A stretch of DNA of 64,000 bases, from the NCBI GenBank assembly GCA_036397975.1, contig DASWHW010000009.1, forward strand, positions 204 through 64,203. Reading direction: 5' to 3'. Each line of letters starts with the position of its first letter. Positions within the stretch are counted from its first letter, which is position 1. This stretch comes from Bacteroidota bacterium. Lineage in GTDB: Bacteria; Bacteroidota; Ignavibacteria; UBA10030; UBA6906. The position numbers and the translations under genes are program-made. The notes beneath the pieces are model-generated. The model saw only the letters and a program-made list of their open reading frames with translations. It did no database searches and was not told where the DNA came from. Below, piece after piece: positions 10,880 through 20,377 of the stretch.

Positions 10880-10966
10880 TTTCAAGATTTCAATCCCTAT
10901 ATTTTTTTGCCATTGCCATAAACCGTCGCACCGTCGACGGTCTCAATACATGCTAGGGAGTTTGAC

Positions 10967-12124
10967 ATGAAGTCGTATTCCATCGTAATTGTCTTGTTGA
11001 TCTTTGGATATCTTACTTTGACGGGATTCCAATGTGGATCGGCAGAGATGACCACTGCGAAACTTGCTCGCCAACAAAAGCAGTATGATAAAGCCGAAGA
11101 AAGCCTCCTTCGAGAGCTTGCGAAAAATGACAAGAATGAAGAAGCTTGGTACATGCTTGGCGAGATTCGGTATGAAACAAAAAAATATTCTGAAATGAGC
11201 GACGCGTTCTCCCACGCCCTCGCGCTGTCGGAAGATCACTCCGAGTTGATTGGTAAATACAGGCTCAGCGCCTGGGGTGACCTGTTCAACCAGGGGGTGA
11301 ATGCTTTCAACGAAGGGAAGAATGACAAAGCAAACTACGTAAAATCCGGTGAAAAATTCGCTCTTGCAACGACGATGGTACCGGACTCAAATCGAGCATA
11401 CTACATGGCAGGTTTTTCCTACTACGCTGCTAAAGATTTTGAGAACGCCGAGAAGTGGCTTAACGCGTCCTCGAACAATGACCCCAATGACAAAGATGCC
11501 GTTTCGTTATTGGGGAGGATACATTTTGAAAGAGCTACTGAGGCAAAAAAAGGAGGAAACGACGGCACAGCGAATTCGGAATATCTGACCGCCGCAGGAT
11601 TTTTTGAAAAGGTGTACAATGTCGATCCTGCGGATCAAGACAATATTACGCTCCTTATCGATGCCTACCAACTTGCCAACAAGGAAGACAAGGCGCTTGC
11701 CATTGCCCGGGATGCAGTGACGAAGGATCCGGATAAGTTTGTCTATCGATTTGCGTACGGAGTCTTTCTTCTTAAGTCAGAAAAATTTGGCGAGAGTTCA
11801 GATCAATTCAAGAAGGCGCTCGACCTTCAACCGGGTGATCCTGACGCGACGTATAATCTGGGTGTTGCCTTTCTTAACTGGGGAGTTGCGATGAAAGAGG
11901 AGTCTGACAAGAAAGCCGCTGCTGCAAAGTCCAATGACAAACCGGATCTTTCGTACAAGGAAAAATTCAAGGCTGCTTTGCCATACTTAAAAGAATCGGC
12001 GGAATCGCGTTTGGATGACGCAACTCTCTGGATGCAATTGGGGAGAGTCTACGCGAACCTGAATCTGTTGAAGGAATCGAAGGACGCATTCGATAAAGCG
12101 GACAAGATCACTAAGGGTAAGTGA
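10967..12124 (+). CDS. TPR-repeat protein, probable lipoprotein or secreted protein
   Basis: 385 aa. N-terminal hydrophobic signal ending ...LTGFQCGS. Multiple TPR-like helical repeats (EAWYMLGEIRYETKKYSEM.., AYYMAGFSYYAAKDFENAEKW..). Confidence 0.6.
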   Translation: MKSYSIVIVLLIFGYLTLTGFQCGSAEMTTAKLARQQKQYDKAEESLLRELAKNDKNEEAWYMLGEIRYETKKYSEMSDAFSHALALSEDHSELIGKYRLSAWGDLFNQGVNAFNEGKNDKANYVKSGEKFALATTMVPDSNRAYYMAGFSYYAAKDFENAEKWLNASSNNDPNDKDAVSLLGRIHFERATEAKKGGNDGTANSEYLTAAGFFEKVYNVDPADQDNITLLIDAYQLANKEDKALAIARDAVTKDPDKFVYRFAYGVFLLKSEKFGESSDQFKKALDLQPGDPDATYNLGVAFLNWGVAMKEESDKKAAAAKSNDKPDLSYKEKFKAALPYLKESAESRLDDATLWMQLGRVYANLNLLKESKDAFDKADKITKGK

Positions 12125-12144
12125 AGTCAACGAAACAGTTTTAG

Positions 12145-12189
12145 AAAAAAGCCCATTCCCCCACGGCAGTGGAATGGGCTTTTTCTATT
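12145..12189 (+). terminator. rho-independent terminator after the TPR gene
   Basis: aaaaaagcccattcc...ggaatgggctttttctatt. It has a 10-bp stem and a T-run. Confidence 0.6.
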
Positions 12190-12208
12190 AATATCAAGGA
12201 GATTAGTC

Positions 12209-12532
12209 ATGGCAGATCAGCCAACAGGTCAGCAAATCAATATTGAGCTTGGTGAAAAAGAGGCGGAAGGGATCTATTCCAATCTCGCGATTATCACACA
12301 TTCACCGGCAGAGTTCGTCATCGACTTTACCCGGGTCCTTCCCGGAGTTCCTAAAGCGAAAGTTCATGCTCGCCTTATTATGACCGCGCAGCACGCAAAA
12401 CTTCTTATGCGAGCGTTGGAGGACAACATCAGCAAATATGAAGGAAAATTTGGGGAAATTAAGATCCAGGGTGACTTACCGGGGACACCATTCGGGATAC
12501 AGCCAGTCATGAAAGACGAGAAGGTCCATTAG
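12209..12532 (+). CDS. DUF3467 family protein
   Basis: 107 aa. GIYSNLAIITHSPAEFVIDF...RLIMTAQHAKLL matches the conserved DUF3467 core. Confidence 0.6.
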   Translation: MADQPTGQQINIELGEKEAEGIYSNLAIITHSPAEFVIDFTRVLPGVPKAKVHARLIMTAQHAKLLMRALEDNISKYEGKFGEIKIQGDLPGTPFGIQPVMKDEKVH

Positions 12533-12577
12533 TCATTTGTTAGGGATGGGGATGGTGCCAACGAAAAAAGGTACGCA

Positions 12578-14638
12578 TTGATCACGAAGTGCAAACACTT
12601 CGTGATGATCTTTCTCCTGGGGGGATCTATCTTTGGCTGCAGCGATCCGCTCGAGCCGAAGGCACCATCATGGGATGTGGAGCTTACCCTCCCGCTGGTG
12701 AATCGAAAATATACTCTCGCCGAGCTTGTCGCGCGCGATACTTCTCTACTTCGAGTCGGAACAGATAATCAAATATTTTTTACTTCGTCATCGGATATTC
12801 CCGCCACCGTCATCGGAACCAGCATCACACTCGATGTTCCTGACACATCATCTCAGGTTGAGCTGGGTCCACTGGGAATATCTTCGTTCAGCGCTACCGC
12901 TGGAATCTCCTTTCCTTGGCTCCCTGGCGGATCAACGACAACGATACCAGATACGACCGTTCAGATTGCAGGCATACAGAATCCCATAGGCGGCTTTCTT
13001 TCTCTGACGATAGAGGAGGGAACGCTCACTCTCAGCCTTCGAAATAATCTACCGGTTCCCATTACTGTTCTTTCGCCGCTGCAATTATTGGATGGCCAGG
13101 GTCGCACGTTGGCAATCATGACGATGAATCCTGCAACCATTCCTCCTCTCGGAGTAGGTGTCGGATCCGATAACCTGGCTGGACGGACTACCGACAATAG
13201 TATAACGATAGGTTCGTTCAACCTTCATATCCAGGGAAGCCCCTCTCCGGTTCCGATTCCGTCGGGTGATCTGTTTGTGTTCACAATGCAAGGATCCGGC
13301 TTGTTAGTGCGGAGGGCAGAGCTTGCATTCATTCCGGCACAAACGCTTATCGCGAATGACACAGCATCGTTGTCAATTGCTGACTCGACCCTTGTCCGCG
13401 TTGCCGTGTTTAGTAGTGGAGATATCCAGCTCGGGTTTACGAACAGCGTGAATCTTGATCTTGTTTTCTCCTATCAGCTTCCCCAGTTACAGCAAATGGC
13501 CGGGGGACAATTTATTGGTTTTCGCGACAGCATTTTTCTCCCTGCATTCGGCTCCGGCACCGTAACTCTTCCCATGGCAGGCAGACGGATGCAATCTCAG
13601 AATGGGGATCTTATCAGGTCTCTTGAAGTGTATGGCTCGGTCAGAATTCCAACTGGTTCCACTACTCCTGTCACGATAAACGATACGGACAAGATTCGTA
13701 TATCCCTTTCGAGTTTGAGTCCGATAGTCATCGACTCTGTGGAAGGAGTCGTGAAGCCGACGTGGATATCGGTCCAACATTTCACTCCTCTCGATCTAGG
13801 AGACTTTCGGAGACAGTTCTCCGGGATGATCTCAATTCCTTCCGCATCATTGGACATCGATGCGATTACTTCGTCAGGATTTCCGGTCGATCTGTTCGTT
13901 TCCATTGGGGCAGCGATTGACAGCTTCGGTACCATGGCGTGGATTTCTATTCCGCCGGGTGAACGACGTGTCAATCCAGGGGGAAACTCAATTTCGCTCG
14001 ATCCTTCGCAAGTCGGGCAATTCCTTACTCAGATTTCGCAATCGTTCCCGGAATCTCTTCTTGTTGTGGGCAATATTCTAGTAAATCCACCGGACGTGTA
14101 CTCACCGACTCTGTCAGGTGTCGGTTCCGTTGGTCCGAGCAGCGGATTCCGAGGATTGATTGATCTTGACCTCCCGTTGATTGTAGGTGTGACAAGCGGT
14201 GTTGTCAAAGATACGGTCGCATTCGGAGATTCCGACGGTGATGGCGAAACCGATTTTGAGGTTGACCGCTCCACTTTTGATAGGCTTAATTATGGTCGAG
14301 TTTTCTTTGAGCTGACGAATGGTCTTCCGGTTGAGGTTCGTTTTCGAATGCACTTTCTTGATCAATCCCTCATTCGTCTCCTTTCGGTTCCTCAAGGTGG
14401 GGAAATAAACGCCGCCTCTGCTCTGGTTGATGCGCAGGGTTTTGTGACTCTGCCTTCGAATGTTCGCGCAATCATCGAATTGAACCAGGATGAGGTAAGC
14501 AAGTTTCGACCCTCGGAGTTCATGGGCTTCGAGTATTCACTGGTGACCGCAGCGAATGGGTCTATCGTTCGCTTCCGCACTATCGATTCTGTAAGGACGC
14601 GAGTCTGGACAACGATCTCGTTAAAGGCGAACCAATAA
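12578..14638 (+). CDS. large uncharacterised lipoprotein (686 aa), predicted outer-membrane or surface-associated
   Basis: Lipoprotein signal MITKCKHFVMIFLLGGSIFGC with the lipobox Cys. The protein is Ser/Thr/Gly/Leu-rich and beta-strand-like throughout. It has a single Cys and no recognisable catalytic motif. The stop lies 2 nt before the next gene. Confidence 0.5.
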   Translation: MITKCKHFVMIFLLGGSIFGCSDPLEPKAPSWDVELTLPLVNRKYTLAELVARDTSLLRVGTDNQIFFTSSSDIPATVIGTSITLDVPDTSSQVELGPLGISSFSATAGISFPWLPGGSTTTIPDTTVQIAGIQNPIGGFLSLTIEEGTLTLSLRNNLPVPITVLSPLQLLDGQGRTLAIMTMNPATIPPLGVGVGSDNLAGRTTDNSITIGSFNLHIQGSPSPVPIPSGDLFVFTMQGSGLLVRRAELAFIPAQTLIANDTASLSIADSTLVRVAVFSSGDIQLGFTNSVNLDLVFSYQLPQLQQMAGGQFIGFRDSIFLPAFGSGTVTLPMAGRRMQSQNGDLIRSLEVYGSVRIPTGSTTPVTINDTDKIRISLSSLSPIVIDSVEGVVKPTWISVQHFTPLDLGDFRRQFSGMISIPSASLDIDAITSSGFPVDLFVSIGAAIDSFGTMAWISIPPGERRVNPGGNSISLDPSQVGQFLTQISQSFPESLLVVGNILVNPPDVYSPTLSGVGSVGPSSGFRGLIDLDLPLIVGVTSGVVKDTVAFGDSDGDGETDFEVDRSTFDRLNYGRVFFELTNGLPVEVRFRMHFLDQSLIRLLSVPQGGEINAASALVDAQGFVTLPSNVRAIIELNQDEVSKFRPSEFMGFEYSLVTAANGSIVRFRTIDSVRTRVWTTISLKANQ

Positions 14639-14640
14639 CA

Positions 14641-16029
14641 ATGCGTTACCGGGTTCCATACTTAGAAGTATTTGTTGCTGCGTTGGTTTTCTATTCAGGA
14701 GCTTGGGGGGGGGAGAAAACCAGCATCCGCGCAATTGGAATGGCAGGTGCGGTGGCAAGCGCGTCGTATGGGCTGGATGCCTCAGGAGGCAATCCCGCAA
14801 ACATCGGTCTCCGTGATGACTGGATTGTTGAGCTGGGGTTTTTCCGTTTTGGATTGTATGCCGCCAGCGATTTTCTCTCCTATGATATTTACACGAAATA
14901 CTTCACGGGAACGGAAGGAGGGGAGGGAAGAGTGCCGGTTTTTCTTAATGAGGCCGCGAAGCAGGAGATTCTTGCAGAGTTTGATGGTCCTCTGGGGAGA
15001 ATGAATATCGGCTTCGAAACTCTTCTCTTTGGCGTGGCAGTGAAAGCGTCGCCTTCAGTTGGTGTGGCATTCACAGTACGAGAACAAGTGAGGGGCTTCA
15101 TGGAAATGCCGCGCAACTACGTGGAGTTTCTCTTGGTCGGGAATCCGGCCGGGTCTCTCTATGATCTTTCTGGACTGGAATTACAGGGTTCGTGGTTCCG
15201 AACATACGGACTTTCTGCTGGCTTTGAGGTTCCCCTTCTGAACTCGAGGTCTGATCTCACGGTCGGGCTAACGGGAAAACTCGTGCACGGATTCTCCACC
15301 TACAGCACCGTAAGTCGAGATACGAGAGTGGAAACTGCAGACAACGGAACGTTAACCGGGGAGTTTCACTTTGCCACTCGCCATGCCGGGATTGATTTCG
15401 ATGAGGCAAGGAAACTGAGCGAGTATGGATTATTCCTTTCCCCGGCAGGGACCGGCTTCGGCGTTGACTTTGGTATTACCGCTTCGCTGAATTCTTTTCT
15501 TTCCACCTCACTGAGCGTTACAGATATTGGCTCGATAAAGTGGAGGGATCATGCGCGTGAATCGATTGTTGACACCACTCTGATCATCGACGACATCCTC
15601 TCTGTTGATCAGCGGAAAGCGATCGATCGGGTAATCTCTCACCAAGAACAATCGATTCCTTCGTTCACGACCTCGCTTCCTACACTCGTACGGTTGGGAT
15701 TCGCCGTTCAACTGGACCGGGTTCCTCGATTGCTCATCTCGGTCCCCCTTCTGGTGGCAATAGAGTACACGCAAGGTATCGAAAATGTTCCTGGCTCGTC
15801 AACGAAACCTCGCTTCTCTCTTGGGGGTGAGTATCAGCCCATTCCGTGGTTGTTGCTGCGTTCCGGGTTCTCAGTCGGTGGTGGAGAGAATCCTGCTCTT
15901 GCGTTGGGTCTTGGGTTTGAACTCAGCACTTTGCGGTTTGCGATCGCAACCGAGGATCTCAGCTGGGTTTTTGCCCCGGGTTCATTTTCGCATGGCTCAA
16001 TTGCTGCAGGATTCGCATTGTCCTTCTAG
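14641..16029 (+). CDS. outer-membrane beta-barrel protein, FadL/PorV-like family
   Basis: 462 aa with a signal peptide. N-terminal motif IRAIGMAGAVASASYGLDASGGNPANIG resembles the FadL/TodX/PorV plug signature. Alternating beta-strand pattern. C-terminal AAGFALSF ends in an aromatic residue, an OMP beta-signal. Confidence 0.5.
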   Translation: MRYRVPYLEVFVAALVFYSGAWGGEKTSIRAIGMAGAVASASYGLDASGGNPANIGLRDDWIVELGFFRFGLYAASDFLSYDIYTKYFTGTEGGEGRVPVFLNEAAKQEILAEFDGPLGRMNIGFETLLFGVAVKASPSVGVAFTVREQVRGFMEMPRNYVEFLLVGNPAGSLYDLSGLELQGSWFRTYGLSAGFEVPLLNSRSDLTVGLTGKLVHGFSTYSTVSRDTRVETADNGTLTGEFHFATRHAGIDFDEARKLSEYGLFLSPAGTGFGVDFGITASLNSFLSTSLSVTDIGSIKWRDHARESIVDTTLIIDDILSVDQRKAIDRVISHQEQSIPSFTTSLPTLVRLGFAVQLDRVPRLLISVPLLVAIEYTQGIENVPGSSTKPRFSLGGEYQPIPWLLLRSGFSVGGGENPALALGLGFELSTLRFAIATEDLSWVFAPGSFSHGSIAAGFALSF

Positions 16030-16289
16030 GCTGGGAGGTAAAAGAAAAGTTGTTGGACACTTCGATCCACAAGGTTTCAATTCGAAAATCCGTCACTCAT
16101 CTCACCTTATTCTCCTGCAATTTAGCAAACGACCTGAGTGAAATCTAGGCTCGGGGCGTTGTTCCAGAATTCGAAGTGAACCCCAAGAGTCGCGTAGAGA
16201 TAGCTACCGAATTTCCACGGTCTAGGACTTCGTCCGACGACTGAGGCGTATTTTCATTTCCAAGGTACACGGAGGATGGAATGGGAATA

Positions 16290-17675
16290 CTACAATATAT
16301 ACCTGCTAAGATCCCTGTTTTTCACGATGTCGGCGAGCTTTGCTTTCACGAGGTCGGAGTCAACGGTAATGTTTGTACTCTGAATCTTATCCGGTGCGTC
16401 GTACAGAATCTCTTCGAGGAGAGTCGTCATAATGGTGTGCAGCCTGCGGGCACCGATGTTTTCAACGAGCTCGTTTGCCTCGCTGGCGATTTTTGCGACT
16501 TCTCGAATGCCGTCATCCGTGAAATGCACTGTGATTCCCTCCGTCTGGATGAGCGCAGTGTATTGTTTGATTAGTGCGTTCTCCGGGACGGTCAGGATCT
16601 TCACGAAATCATCCTCGGTCAGGCTTCGAAGTTCCACCCGAATGGGAAATCGTCCCTGCAGTTCTGGAATCAGGTCTGAGGGTTTTGAAACATGGAATGC
16701 GCCCGAGGCAATAAACAGAATGTGGTCGGTTTTCACCATACCATATTTTGTGGTTACGTTGGACCCCTCAACAATGGGCAGAAGATCTCGCTGCACGCCT
16801 TCACGCGAAACATCCGGGCCACCCATTTGTCCCTTGTTACCGGCGATCTTATCTATCTCATCGAGGAACACGATACCCGAGTTTTCAACCCGGTGAATTG
16901 CATCCTTGATGGCCGCATCGTGGTCGATGAGCTTTTGTGCCTCTTCGTTTGTGAGGATGACTCTCGCCTCCGCGACCGTCAGTTTACGCTGCTTGGTTTT
17001 CTTCGGCATCAGGTTCCCGAAGAGTTCCTGCATGTTGATGCCCATCTCCTCCATGTTCATTGGGCCGATTACCTGCATAAGGGGCGTGTTTGTTGCAGGA
17101 AGCTCCATTTCAATCACTCTATCATCGAGTGTTCCGCCACGGAGTTTTTGGCGGAATTTTTCTCGGGTATTGCTTGTCTCATCCTCTTGGTGTGCCATCC
17201 CCGCATCGCCTATCGCGACGGGAGTTTTTCTCCGCATGGGAGGGAGCAACAAATCGAGGATTCGTTCTTCGCAGAGTTCCTTTGCCTTATCGTTGACTTC
17301 GACCCTGCGTTCGGCTTTCACCATGTTGACGGAATACTCCGTCAGGTCACGGATGATTGATTCAACATCCCTACCAACATATCCGACCTCGGTGAACTTC
17401 GACGCCTCCACCTTGATGAACGGGGCATTGCTGAGACGTGCCAGTCGTCGGGCGATCTCTGTTTTTCCAACACCCGTCGGGCCGATCAGGATGATATTGT
17501 TCGGCATGATTTCCTCGCGGAGGCCGGGAGAAACCTGCAGTCGACGCCAGCGATTGCGAAGGGCGATCGCTACGGATTTTTTTGCGTTCTTTTGTCCGAT
17601 GACGTATTTGTCCAACTCCCGCACGATTTGTCGCGGAGTAAGTTCGTTTGATTCTTGGTTATTGGAGGAAGTCAC
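16290..17675 (-). CDS. hslU: ATP-dependent protease ATPase subunit HslU
   Basis: 461 aa. [32 protein letters not shown]...[19 protein letters not shown]. Confidence 0.9.
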   Translation of the reverse strand: MTSSNNQESNELTPRQIVRELDKYVIGQKNAKKSVAIALRNRWRRLQVSPGLREEIMPNNIILIGPTGVGKTEIARRLARLSNAPFIKVEASKFTEVGYVGRDVESIIRDLTEYSVNMVKAERRVEVNDKAKELCEERILDLLLPPMRRKTPVAIGDAGMAHQEDETSNTREKFRQKLRGGTLDDRVIEMELPATNTPLMQVIGPMNMEEMGINMQELFGNLMPKKTKQRKLTVAEARVILTNEEAQKLIDHDAAIKDAIHRVENSGIVFLDEIDKIAGNKGQMGGPDVSREGVQRDLLPIVEGSNVTTKYGMVKTDHILFIASGAFHVSKPSDLIPELQGRFPIRVELRSLTEDDFVKILTVPENALIKQYTALIQTEGITVHFTDDGIREVAKIASEANELVENIGARRLHTIMTTLLEEILYDAPDKIQSTNITVDSDLVKAKLADIVKNRDLSRYIL

Positions 17676-17716
17676 AATTGTCCTTTTTCCGATTTGTTCC
17701 CTGTCGCTGTATCCAG

Positions 17717-18253
17717 CTACAGAGTCTCGATGGTAAAATTCGAGTTTGTGTAAACGCAGATTTCTGAAGCTGCGCCGAGCGATTGCTCGACGATGTCCCG
17801 CGCATTCAGATTGGAATGCTTCACGAGCATTCGTGCTGCCGCGAGAGCAAAACTGCCACCTGAACCGATGGCAAGAATACCGTCGTCGGGTTCAATAATG
17901 TCTCCGGTTCCGGAAATCACGAGTGAGTTTTTCCCATCAAGCACAGCAAGCAAAGCCTGAAGCTGTCGCAGATACTTGTCCGTCCGCCATTCTTTTGCCA
18001 GTTCCACTGCCGCCCTTTCAAGATTTCCGCGATATTTTTCAAGATTCTCTTCAAACTTTGAGAAGAGGGCAAATGCGTCTGCAGCAGCGCCTGCGAATCC
18101 TGCAAGTACGGTGTCATTGTAGAGTCTTCGCACTTTCCGGGATTTATGCTTCATCACTGTTTGTCCGACGGTGACCTGACCGTCAGAACCCATGACAGTA
18201 ATTCCTTTGTAAGTCAACCCGATGACGGTGGTAGAACGAATAAGAGGGGACAT
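17717..18253 (-). CDS. hslV: ATP-dependent protease subunit HslV
   Basis: 178 aa. [40 protein letters not shown]...[11 protein letters not shown] 7-residue peptide (MSPLIRS) precedes the catalytic Thr. Confidence 0.9.
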   Translation of the reverse strand: MSPLIRSTTVIGLTYKGITVMGSDGQVTVGQTVMKHKSRKVRRLYNDTVLAGFAGAAADAFALFSKFEENLEKYRGNLERAAVELAKEWRTDKYLRQLQALLAVLDGKNSLVISGTGDIIEPDDGILAIGSGGSFALAAARMLVKHSNLNARDIVEQSLGAASEICVYTNSNFTIETL

Positions 18254-18269
18254 CAGTATGGTTTCGTTG

Positions 18270-19697
18270 TTAAGTGAGCTTGCGGCGCAGGCGTGCCACG
18301 GGGATCAACATCGCCTCGCGATACTTTGCCACTGTACGGCGAGCAATGTTCAGGCCCTGTGCATTCAACAGTTCTCCGAGCTTGTGATCGCTCAAGGGGC
18401 GAAGGGGGTCTTCTTTGTCAATCAGTGCCCGGAGTTTCTTTTTCACTTCCTTATTCGAGATTTCCTCTCCATCAATTGTACTAATGGAGTCACTGAAGAA
18501 ATGCCGCAATGAAAAGACCCCATAATCAGTTTGGACGAATTTGCTGTTCACGACCCTGCTGATCGTGGAAATATCCATACTAATAACTTCGGCTATATCT
18601 TTGTAGATCATCGGTTTCAGACCTTCGCCTGTCGCAAAGTAAGCCCGTTGCCTATCCACAATACAACGCATTACCTTGATCATTGTTTCGCGGCGTTGGT
18701 GGATCGAACTGATAAACCACTTCGCTGCCTCAAATCTCTGCCGAATAAAATCTTTTGCTTCTGTCGGAACACCGTCTTTTTTTCGCTTGGACATCAGTTC
18801 TTTGTACTTTTTGTTAATGCGAAGAGGGGGGATGTTGCGATCGTTCAGGTTGATGATGAAATCATCGTCGGATTGTGTAACGATGAAGTCGGGGACAACG
18901 TAGTTTTCATGTTGTGCGAATTCACCTTCCCCCGGCTTCGGGTTCAGGTGCTGGATTGTTTCGATGACCGCTTTGAGATCGTCCAGGGTAATATTTAACT
19001 TCTTTGCGAGGTCTTCAAAGTGGCGCATCGTAAATTCACTGAAGAACTCCTTCAGAATCCGCAACGAACGCTCTTTGATCATTCCATCCATTGGCATTGC
19101 TTCAAGCTGCACAATCAAGCACTCCTGCAAGCTGCGCGAAGCGATCCCGACAGGATCCAAGAGCTGGATCTGTTCCAGAACCTTTTCCGCTTTTTCCTCC
19201 GTGATCGCAGTGCCGTGCACCAAGTTGAGATCCTGCACGATCGCCGATAAATCCCGCCTGAGGTACCCGTCTTCGTCCACGTTCCCGATGATTTCTTCCC
19301 CGATAAGATATTCCTGGTCATCGAGATCCAGGAGATTGAATTGTTCGCGGAGGCGATGATACAAGGGAACAGTGTCAACCAGGGGCATCTCATCGCGTTC
19401 CTCATTATCGTATGAATCCTTCGCTTTGTAACCGGAGGATTCATCATTCATGAAATCATCGAGAGTGTAGCCCTCATCCTCCGTTTTTGTCTCAGCCTCC
19501 TCGGGCGTTTCGTCTTTTGTTTCCTGAGTTACTTCGGCTTCCTCGTCCATACCTTCTTCGAGGAGAGGGTTCATCTCCAGTTCAGCCTTGATCTTCTGTT
19601 CAAGAGCTAGAGTGGGGAGTTGCAGCATCTTCAGGTATTGTACCTGTTGAGGCGACAACTTCATCATCATCTTTTGTTGGAGTGAAATATTCAGCAT
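18270..19697 (-). CDS. rpoN: RNA polymerase sigma-54 factor RpoN
   Basis: 475 aa. N-terminal MLNISLQQKMMMKLSPQQVQYLKMLQLP (region I). Acidic linker. C-terminal RpoN box ARRTVAKYRE. Confidence 0.9.
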   Translation of the reverse strand: MLNISLQQKMMMKLSPQQVQYLKMLQLPTLALEQKIKAELEMNPLLEEGMDEEAEVTQETKDETPEEAETKTEDEGYTLDDFMNDESSGYKAKDSYDNEERDEMPLVDTVPLYHRLREQFNLLDLDDQEYLIGEEIIGNVDEDGYLRRDLSAIVQDLNLVHGTAITEEKAEKVLEQIQLLDPVGIASRSLQECLIVQLEAMPMDGMIKERSLRILKEFFSEFTMRHFEDLAKKLNITLDDLKAVIETIQHLNPKPGEGEFAQHENYVVPDFIVTQSDDDFIINLNDRNIPPLRINKKYKELMSKRKKDGVPTEAKDFIRQRFEAAKWFISSIHQRRETMIKVMRCIVDRQRAYFATGEGLKPMIYKDIAEVISMDISTISRVVNSKFVQTDYGVFSLRHFFSDSISTIDGEEISNKEVKKKLRALIDKEDPLRPLSDHKLGELLNAQGLNIARRTVAKYREAMLIPVARLRRKLT

Positions 19698-19703
19698 ACA
19701 AAA

Positions 19704-20297
19704 TCAAATACTATTTTTGGAATCGCGAGAAGAACCGTTTCTGGAATCGCAGTACTCGACAAACTGTGAATACCACTCCTCACCGTACTGCCGTACCAGA
19801 GAATCCCTCAGAAAACCCACGAGTGTTACATTCTTTTCTTTTCCCTTTATTCGTCCCCCGCTGCATTCATCGATGACCTCATACATTATATGATCATTCT
19901 CAAATCCACGAATACGAAGGGGGAACAAGTGACACGATATCGGCTTTTGCCAATCGATGAGACCATTCTGATATGCGATCTCAAAGCTGCACCTGGCAAT
20001 TCCCTTCTCCCGGACCAGGTACACACAGTCGCGATCGTTGACGCACGGAGTTGCGTAGCTTCCCTCGCGCCCTTCAACGAGTCCGACCGATTCGATCACC
20101 TCGAGGCCTTCCGCGGTGAGGGCGTCCTTAATGACTGGAAACGCTTTCGCGATTTCAAGAACCTCGTCATTCTCCAATGGAGCCCCACGACCACCTTCGA
20201 CGTAGCAGCACACGCCTTTGCATTCGTCGAGATCGCAACAGAAAAGCGATCCGAAGATCGATTCGTCAACAACCGCCTCTCCAATTACGACCATCAA
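19704..20297 (-). CDS. Cys-rich protein, probably DUF3109 family
   Basis: 197 aa with a CCDLDECKGVCC cluster plus further Cys and His residues. The family assignment is from memory of DUF3109. Confidence 0.4.
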   Translation of the reverse strand: MMVVIGEAVVDESIFGSLFCCDLDECKGVCCYVEGGRGAPLENDEVLEIAKAFPVIKDALTAEGLEVIESVGLVEGREGSYATPCVNDRDCVYLVREKGIARCSFEIAYQNGLIDWQKPISCHLFPLRIRGFENDHIMYEVIDECSGGRIKGKEKNVTLVGFLRDSLVRQYGEEWYSQFVEYCDSRNGSSRDSKNSI

Positions 20298-20377
20298 GCA
20301 TCCATCATTATAGGAAACGTATCCAAATTACAACTTTTCGGAACAAGAGGAAAGCAATTTCACCCATTCTCCCTCTC

